This document shows, one piece after another, positions 55,615 to 64,000 of a stretch of 64,000 bases of DNA. The position numbers and the translations under genes are program-made. A model generated the notes under the pieces. The model was not told the DNA's origin, ran no database searches, and saw only the letters and a program-made list of their open reading frames with translations. Origin of the DNA: Octopus vulgaris (taxonomy: Eukaryota); NCBI GenBank assembly GCA_951406725.2, contig OX597818.1, forward strand, positions 18,414,001 through 18,478,000, given 5' to 3'. The first letter of the stretch is position 1. Every line of letters begins with the position of its first letter.

Positions 55615-56525
55615 ACAACGTGATCTGGTTAAATTTAATAACTTTTTATGTCTCCTTTCTTCAAGAGCAGATTGATGTATTGATGAACATTCAACGGCTT
55701 TGGGGAGAATAAGATTAATTTGTAGTTGAGAAAAAGTTAGCTGACATGGTTGACTGGAAGCCATATGAATATTGGAAAAGAGTTACCTGTTTCATTATGA
55801 CGCTCGTCAGGTATTAAAATATCCAACATCATGACAGGTGTTCAGTACACTGTGAATACTGTAATGTCATAAGACGTAACTTCGACAGCTGTAACGGAGA
55901 CTACGAAGCCGTTGCCAGCAGAAAGGGACACAGCCGGCAGTCTGTCTGTGTCTTGACGCAAGAACTAATCCAACAATTGCAGGTCAAGGTGATGGAAGAT
56001 CTATCTGAGCTTTGGCGAGACAGACGCGTATTGAAGTAACCCCCATGAAGCAGACCCTGTTTTATAAGAGGTGCAAGGGACATCCTTTTACAGCCAAGGC
56101 CGAGGAGAATCACTTGACGAAAGCTCTTCTACAAGTTGAGCTGTTCTGTTGAGCCGAAGATGATGTGGTTCTTTTCAGATGAAAAGAACTTATGTCAGCA
56201 CCAGTTGCACCATATCCAGAACAACGAGAGGCTTGCCTATAATCCATGTAATGTCCCACGTATCATGAAAACCAAGTTCCCTCAAACTGTGATAGTCTTT
56301 GGGTGACGTCATACCGCATCACATCTTTGAAGAAATTTGGCTCAATTCAGACAGCATTATGAAGCTGCTGGAAAGTGTGGTCAAACCCGGGCTGGAGAAC
56401 GTTGCTGCTGTAAGGTGATAGATGAGGCAGAAGGACTAGGTTTCATGCCATACGTCCAGAAAGAGCCAGAAATGGTTGTTGGAGAATTTCACCAACACCA
56501 ATCTCTGGTCTTCTGATTTCTCATG
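55615..56525 (+). mobile_element. Decayed Tc1/mariner transposase remnant, probably maT (DD37D)
   Basis: WFFSDEKNL...VPRIMKTKFPQTVIVFG...VVKP.LE...QKD. Confidence 0.6.
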
Positions 56526-56936
56526 GCGGTTATCATCAGAAGTCGCTACTAGTTACTTTTGAATCAGATGTCAATTTACAGGTCAGATGTCAATTTACAT
56601 GGGAAGAACCAATGCAGTTAATGATGGTTTCAAACTGTGGCACAAGGCAAACAAGTTCGGTTGGGGGCGGGGGGGGGGGGTAGTCGATTACATCGACTTC
56701 CAAAAGGGTAAACGGCTAAAGTCGACCCCGGTGGCTTTTGAATTCAGAATTTCAAGATGAACGAAATACCTGTAAGCATTTTGCCCGGTGTGCTAACGAT
56801 TCTGCCAGCTCGTCGCCTTAATGCAGTTAATAATGATAAGAATTTTGAAATTAATGTATACAGAATTTCACACCTCTAGCATTACTCCTTCATAGTCAGC
56901 ATATGAACTTCTCAACCTATCCTCATATATATATAT

Positions 56937-57013
<77 letters not shown>

Positions 57014-57574
57014 AATACATATATATGAATTTATTATCAGTCATATTTACCAAATGTTAAATGTTAATGTACGTTTCACATCAAATCATAAATATACAAG
57101 AAGGAAATGCATAATTAATTGAAGATTAAATCAGATTTGCCTTAAGCAATATGTAGACAAGCAGGAGACAGACGGTCGCGGGCGTACGCACACACACACA
57201 CACACACATACACACACACGCACGTACACACAAACATACACACACATATACTTTTCTTTGTGGATTAATACTGATACCAATGTCTTTATGCATGGAGTGG
57301 TTTAAGCGCTCTAATTAACAATGGTAGTAATTGCAAACTTCCCATATTTAAACATTATTATCACTATTAACCCACAAGTATAGGATATACCCGTTGTTCT
57401 ATTATCTGGCCCAGCTGTTACACTGTCGGGTTTACAGTCGTGAGATTGTGAGTTCGATTCTCGGACCGGGTTGCGTTATGTTCTTGAGCAAGTCTATTTA
57501 TTGATCTAGTTCACTCAGTTGCAGAAATGAGTTGCGAGATCACTGGTGCCAAGCTGGGAGGCTGGTATGAATAG

Positions 57575-58045
57575 GCGACAACTCGAAAATGATAATGCAA
57601 AGATCCTATGGGATTTTATGATTCAGTACGACCATGAGATTGAGAATAGGAAGTCGGACGTAGTCTTAATTGAGAAAGAAAACAAACTATGCTGGATCAT
57701 AGACATAGCATGCCCAGCTGACAACAAAGTATACGATAAGGAAGAAAGCAAAGTCGAGAGATATGACAGGTTAGCTTGGGAAGTTAAGCAGTAGTGGTCG
57801 ATGAAAAAGATAGCAGTAGTACCAATAATTAGCGGAGCCCTGGGAACAGTGAGCAAAACTCTCGAGAAGTACGTGGAACAAATAACGGTTGCAGTAAGAG
57901 TGGAGGACTTGCAGAAAACAGCACAGTTTGGAACCGCTTGAATACTCCGGAAGGTGTTCGAAAAATAAGAGGAGTTACCTTAGTTCACTGGTGGTGAACA
58001 GCTGACACTGTAGTACATCTTTCGCGTTAGAAGCTGTGCAAAGGC
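57575..58045 (+). mobile_element. R4/Dong 3' fragment (RLE), preceded by a SINE head (57408-57575) and followed by (CAA)n
   Basis: LENDNAKILWDF.IQ.DH.IENRKSDVV...IIDIACP...K.ERYDRL. Confidence 0.88.
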
Positions 58046-58069
58046 AACAACAGCAGCAGCAGCAACAAT

Positions 58070-58100
<31 letters not shown>

Positions 58101-58102
58101 GC

Positions 58103-58153
<51 letters not shown>

Positions 58154-58154
58154 A

Positions 58155-61100
58155 ACGTACGTAGAGATATCATTAAGACTAAAAAGTTAACTGACGCTGA
58201 AATTAACCAAATTAAAACACAAAAATCTCATGGCAGACCAAAATGAAAACAGCAACAACCCAGATGAAATAGGTAACAGATGTACAGAATCCAGCGAGGA
58301 AGCTATAGAAAGAATAGCGAAGAACAGATATGTGAAAAAAGAGAAGAAAGTATATCTACCTCAAGAGCACCAGAATAGACATGACACAGCTTTTGAGATG
58401 AATAATAAAGAGAAGATCATAGAAGCAAAAGAAGATATGAAAGAACTCAGCAAAGCTGAGTTTACTGACATGATCAATAGCGAACTGCTACCAAACAGCA
58501 TAAAAAACAACAACATAATCATGATATATAACGTTGGGTTTTAGACAGATCTTAAGAAATGTGGTGAATGACCTAACAACCTTAAATAACCTCATCTATT
58601 CCACTGCTGAAGTTGTAACTGCTCAACTAGGTATCACAACGACACGGAAAAGGACCAACTATCTCAATAGACTTCCTAAGTGGAAAGTAGCAATACAAAA
58701 AGAGACTGAATCTCTGCAGGGGAATGTATCACTTCTTGATGAAGTTGCTAGAGGAGTAAATGCTAAGACGAAACAAGTTAGAAAAATCAAACAAAAATAT
58801 TTAATCAAAGATTTTATAAACCTCCCTGTAACGAAGGATCTATTGAAACAACGAATAGAGCTGAAAGCCCAACGGCTTAGAAGATACGTCAAAAGAATAA
58901 CATTTTATCGACAAAACAAGGTATTCAAGATGAATGCAAAGAAATTTTATAGGATAATTGGCAAAAGTAAGATAGAAGTAAAGGAGCTGCCTAAGGCTGA
59001 GGAAATGAAAGAGTTCTTGAAGAAGATATGGAGCAATAAAAAAGAATATAATGCTGAAGCTAACTGGATAAAACGTGAGAAAATAAGACTGGTTGAAGTT
59101 GAAGAGCAGAAATGGGTAGCAGTAGGAATGCAAGAGTTAAGATGTGTTCTTAGAAAGTCTCACGAATGAGAACCTCCAGGATTGGACCGGATCCCTAACT
59201 TCTGGCTGAATTGTTTGACAGAAGTACACCAAAATTTCGCTGCATTTCTAACTGATGGTATCCAGAACCCAGAGCAAATACCTGCCTGGCTGGCTGAAGT
59301 ACCAGCATACTTTCGACTGAAAACTAAAGACACAAAAAGTCCGAACAACTACCGACCAAATTACATGTCTCAACACCACCTACAAGACCCTCACATCCAT
59401 AGTAACTGAAAGAATATACGCTTTCATTGAACAGAACACTATCCTTCTACAAGCTCACAAAGGTTGTAAAGGAAATTATTATGGGTGCAAATATCACTTT
59501 CTCATTTATTAAATGATTTTAGGGAATAGACAGAGCAAAAAGAACTGAGCGAGACAAAGATAAGACTACAGGAAAGCATTTGACAGTGTCCACAAAATTG
59601 GCTACACAATGCCCTTAAGATATCTCCCCTCATTTATTTTGTCGTCACCAAATTTTTACAAGGTAGCATGGCCATGTGGAACACACGTCTCCTAAACCAT
59701 AGTAATGGGATGAGCAAATCCAACAACATCAACATAAAACGACACATATTTCAAGGTGACCTTCTCTCCCCTTTACTCCTTTTCAGGACACTGATCCCAC
59801 TCTCAAACAAACTGAATAACACCAGGTATGAATACAAAGTATATAATACTGGAATAAACCATCTGTTTTATATGGACGATCTGAAGCTGTTAGCTAGAAA
59901 TGACCAAAAGCTAGTAAGGCTGCTTACAGCTGTTAAAGAGTTTAGCAATGACATCAGGACATATTTTGAACTCGATAATTGTGTTAAAGCTAATTTGTAA
60001 GACGCAAGCCCAGACAAACAGCTTCCATTAAATTAGATACCGACGCTACCATCAAGAAGACTTACAAGAAATTTATAAATACCTACAGATAAAGTAAGGA
60101 GATGGTATACACATGCTATTATGAAGGAAAACGAAAGGAGAATAAGACTCATACTGAAAACTGAGCTCAATCGCGTTGGAGTCATTAATACCCGGCACTT
60201 CCAGTAGTCCAATGGAATTTTAACATCATTCACTGGAATCCTATGGCGCCCCAAAATCTGGACTGGAAGACAAGAAATCTACTAACATCTAAGAACATGC
60301 ACCACCCAATAGCAGACGTTGATCGTCTGTACCTACCTAGAAGAAATGGTGGAAGGTGAATGATGCAGGTAGAACTGTGCTATAAGACCTCCACAATAAC
60401 AATGAGCAGGTACTTCTGTAGTACAGAGGATTGGATACTGCGGCTTGTGTGCAAACACGAAAGCATCAAAAAGACACATTCTATTGTCAAGGAAGCTTGC
60501 AAATTCGCAGGCATTAATCCTGAATTATACGAAGAACCTGAAACCACTGCCACCAAACAAGCAAAACGGTAAGAAATTGAGGAGCGGTGGAGCCAGAAGC
60601 CCCTGCATGGACAGTATATTCTTCGAAGTCAAAATGCTGATGCAGACCAAGCAACAATTCATCAATGGCTGTGAAGTTCAGGACTGAAAGCAGAGATTGA
60701 AGGTTACAAATTTGTGGCACACGACCAAAGATTGCCTACCAAAAATTACCAGGCTAACGTTCTTCAAAACGGTTTTGACCCGAAATGCAGATTGTACGAC
60801 ACATTTGACGAAACAAGAAACCATCTCGTCTCGGGATGTCCTGTGCTGACACCAAACGAATACAAAAATCGTCACGATAGCGTAGGACAGTATTTACATT
60901 GGAAAATATGTAAACACTACGAAATCGGCAGTCCAGCTTACTTGTAGGAGCATCATCCTGAGCCAGTCATTGAATGTAAAAATGTCACCATCCACTGAGG
61001 TTTTCTATTTAACACCGACAGAACGATCTAGGCTAATCAACCGGACATACTTATTAAAGATAAGGATAAAATATACTTGTAGACTAACAGATGTACGTTT

Positions 61101-61340
61101 TCTCACTGATAAAGAATATATCTGTAAAGGAATTTGACGAATTAAGTAAATATAAAAACCTGGAAACTGAAATACAAAAGATGTGGCATCTTAAAGCAAT
61201 AACTGTTCCTGTTATTGGAGGTGCCCTAGGTATGATAATAAAGGAATGTCAGAAGCATCTAGATAACTTCCCAGGAGACCCATGTCTCAGAGAAATCCAA
61301 AAGACTGTGCTGACAAGTGCTGTCCACTTCCTTAGACTCT
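58155..61340 (+). mobile_element. Long decayed R4/Dong non-LTR retrotransposon
   Basis: LNNLIYSTA, AQRLRRY..R..FYRQN, PG.DRIPNFWL, NYRP, IFQGDLLSPLLF, HLFYMDDLKL, CRLY...ET..HLVSGC..L...EYKNRHD, KYKNLE.EIQKMW..VPVIGGALG. Confidence 0.92.
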
Positions 61341-61344
61341 ATAA

Positions 61345-61600
61345 AAAGTTTTCTAGATTAGGTTATATCCTCTCTACTGATGTAGGTTTTGCCTCACTCA
61401 CCTTATTCTACTGACCTTGCTGGCTATTTTATTTTCAGACCGTTGCAACATTGTTTAGAAGGAAAGCAGTTTATTAATTGTGAAGAGGTTAAAAATGATG
61501 TTGACTGTTTCTTTCCTTCGAATCCTGAAGAAGTTTACATCTATGAAATAAAAAATCTGCCAAACAGATGGGATTATTTTATGAATAATGATAACACATA
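61345..61600 (+). mobile_element. mariner transposase C-terminal fragment
   Basis: PHSPYSTDLA..FIFRPLQ..L.GKQF...IKNLPNRW. Confidence 0.75.
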
Positions 61601-61744
61601 TTGGTTTCAAAATTTGGCACAAGGCTAATAAGTTAGGCGCAGGGGGCTCAGCTCTTACTTATTTTATTGACCCCGAACGGATGAAAGGCAAAGTCAAATT
61701 CGGCGGAATCTGAAGTCAGAAGGTAAAGGCAGAAGAAATAAAGA

Positions 61745-62037
61745 CACTCCTTCGGTCATGAATGACCATGGGACTGCACCTATAAATTCCCCTTCTCGGC
61801 ACAAGACTAGACAAGGTTGTTTATGGAAGACCAGCAGTCGCCCATGCATACCAGCCTCCCCTCTCCACGACACCGATGTTATCCAAGGGAAAGGCAAAGG
61901 CCGATGCAGCTTGGCACCAGTGACATCACAACTCATTTCTAAAGTGTCTTGCTCAATAAAACAACATAGAGTCCGGTCCAGGACTCGAACTCACTACCTC
62001 ATGGTAGTGATCCCGACGCTCTAACCAATGAACCATA
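61745..62037 (-). mobile_element. tRNA-headed SINE inserted into a family A SINE
   Basis: A-box tggttcattggttagagc and B-box gagttcgagtcc on minus strand; host resumes at ctaagcattt. Confidence 0.75.
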
Positions 62038-62299
62038 TTCCTAAGCATTTTCCCCGGCATGCTAATTAGTCTGCCAACGGAAATATTACAGTGATGAATT
62101 TGTTTCCTTTCCATCTTGAAATGTTACAATACTTTCTTCCCGGCTTAATGTTTGTCTTTAGGAGAAAGGGCTGTAAGTTATTCTTGATTGAGAATATTTC
62201 CCGAAAACTTGCACTTTTGTGTCAATTCTATTAAAGTCACCCAAAGACAAGGTAGTAGTGTGAATGATGGACGTGAACACATTTCACAAGGAACCTCAT

Positions 62300-63565
62300 T
62301 CTGATGCTCTACCGACTCCGCCAACTCATTGCGCATGATTGACTGGTAAATTATTTTATCGATCTGAAAATTTTTATAGGCTACCTTGACCTCGCTGGGA
62401 TCAGAACTCCGGGAGCAGAAGGCCAGAACAAATAACGGCATTCCATCACCCAGGACTGGTTCTTTAACTTCATCGATTTCGGATGTACGTATACAATAGA
62501 AAGTTGATTCACTTCTTCAGAATTTGAACTCAGAGTGTAGGGAAACGGAGTAATTACCGTAAGGTATTTTCTCCCATGTTCTAGCTACTTTGCCTGGGAA
62601 CTACTGCTATAAAGATTAACCTAAACTAGCGACCTTGACTGATGACATATCTCTTACTTATTCTGGCACAAAGCCGGTTATCTTGAAAGGGAAGGGCAAG
62701 TCAATCAGACGCACCACTGTTCTCAACTTATTTTATTGATACTAAAAGGATGAAAGAGAAAGTAGACTTCGGTGACATTCAAAGAGCCGGAAAAAATATC
62801 ACTAAATATTTTATCCGGCGAAGTAATGTTTCTACCTGTTCGCCATCTTAATAACAGTTCTTGCTGATTCGAGTACAAGGTCAGCAGTTTTTGTTAGAGA
62901 AGCAAGTCGATTACATCGATCCAGTACTTGACTGGTACTTCAACGGAATTTGAACTCAAAATATATTGAATCAGATATTTTCTCCGATACGCTATCGATT
63001 CTGCCATCTCTCTGCCTTATTGGTTAAGGTAATATCCTTTTCTTAATGCTTAGCGGTATTTCGTCTGTCTTTATGTTCTGAGTTCAAATTCCGTTGAGGT
63101 CGTCTTTGACTTTCATCCTTTCGGGGTCGATAAATAAAGTACCAGCTGCGTCCTGGGCTCGATCTAATCGACTGGCCCCCTTCCCCAAAAATTTCGGGTA
63201 TTGTGCCTTGATTAGAAAAGAATATCCTTTGTTGACTTCGCTTTTCATCCTTTCGTAGTCTATCAAATAAGTACCAGTCGAGCACTGGGGTCGGTGTAAT
63301 CGACTTAATCTAAACTTGTTGACCTTGTGCCAAACTTTAAAATCAATATTCTATTCCTATTATGACAAAAGGCCTGCAATTTTAAATTGTGAGGAAATCG
63401 ATGACATCGAACCCAGTGCTCAAATGGTACTTAAATTATCGACTTCAAAAGGATGGAATGCAAAGTCGACCTCGGAATGCAAAGTCGAACTCAGAACATA
63501 AAGTCAGAAGAAATACCGCAAAAATTTTTTCCGACGCGGTATCAATTCTGCCAGCTCAGCACCTT
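62300..63565. mobile_element. Cluster of degenerate family A SINEs in both orientations
   Basis: Repeated gaactcagaa / ttcatcctttcg / gtcgattacatcga motifs. Confidence 0.7.
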
Positions 63566-63925
63566 ATTGGCATTTAGTGTTGCATTCTACCATTCTTCAC
63601 TCACCTCACCAATGTGGCATAATTGTATGGAGATTTACTGAATACGTTCGCCGTAGCTTAAAAAACTACAACGTCCAATATAGCATTTAATTCTTCCAGA
63701 TTAAACAAAATTTGATGCCTTTCATTATTCTGGATTAAATAAAAATAGTAACCACTTGTACTATATAAAACTCTAATCGACTCTGCGCCTGTCCGCAAAA
63801 TATTGTGGCCGTCTGCACGATTTAAAAATCAATAAGGAATAAAAATCTTTAAACATGGAGATGTTTACTCTGAATACAGGTATATATGCACGAACAAAAG
63901 AAGACGTGCTCATACAAAAATGAGT

Positions 63926-63931
<6 letters not shown>

Positions 63932-64000
<69 letters not shown>
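63932..64000. repeat. (GA)n microsatellite
   Basis: Direct reading. Confidence 0.95.

Overview
This is a repeat-saturated, AT-rich eukaryotic window. The SINE families and microsatellite landscape strongly suggest an octopus/coleoid cephalopod genome (inference, no database search run). No host protein-coding gene can be supported; almost all long ORFs in the track are translated microsatellites. Coding remnants are all transposon-derived: four R4/Dong-type RLE non-LTR segments in (AAT)/(AAC) tracts, a young 5'-truncated RTE LINE with an unbroken ~537-codon RT frame, older RTE 3' ends with C2H2 fingers, two related Tc1 elements with TIRs, maT and mariner fragments, a Helitron PIF1 helicase pseudogene and several non-autonomous Helitrons. 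There are also dozens of tRNA-derived SINEs of three types, a 153-bp SINE-derived tandem array and three long fold-backs. The most notable signal is several unrelated short repeats, mostly inserted in (TA)n, that each carry a minimal type I hammerhead-ribozyme-like motif of the Penelope type, including a U3:A8 core variant with stem covariation. A few unique islands carry RFX X-boxes and promoter-like motifs.
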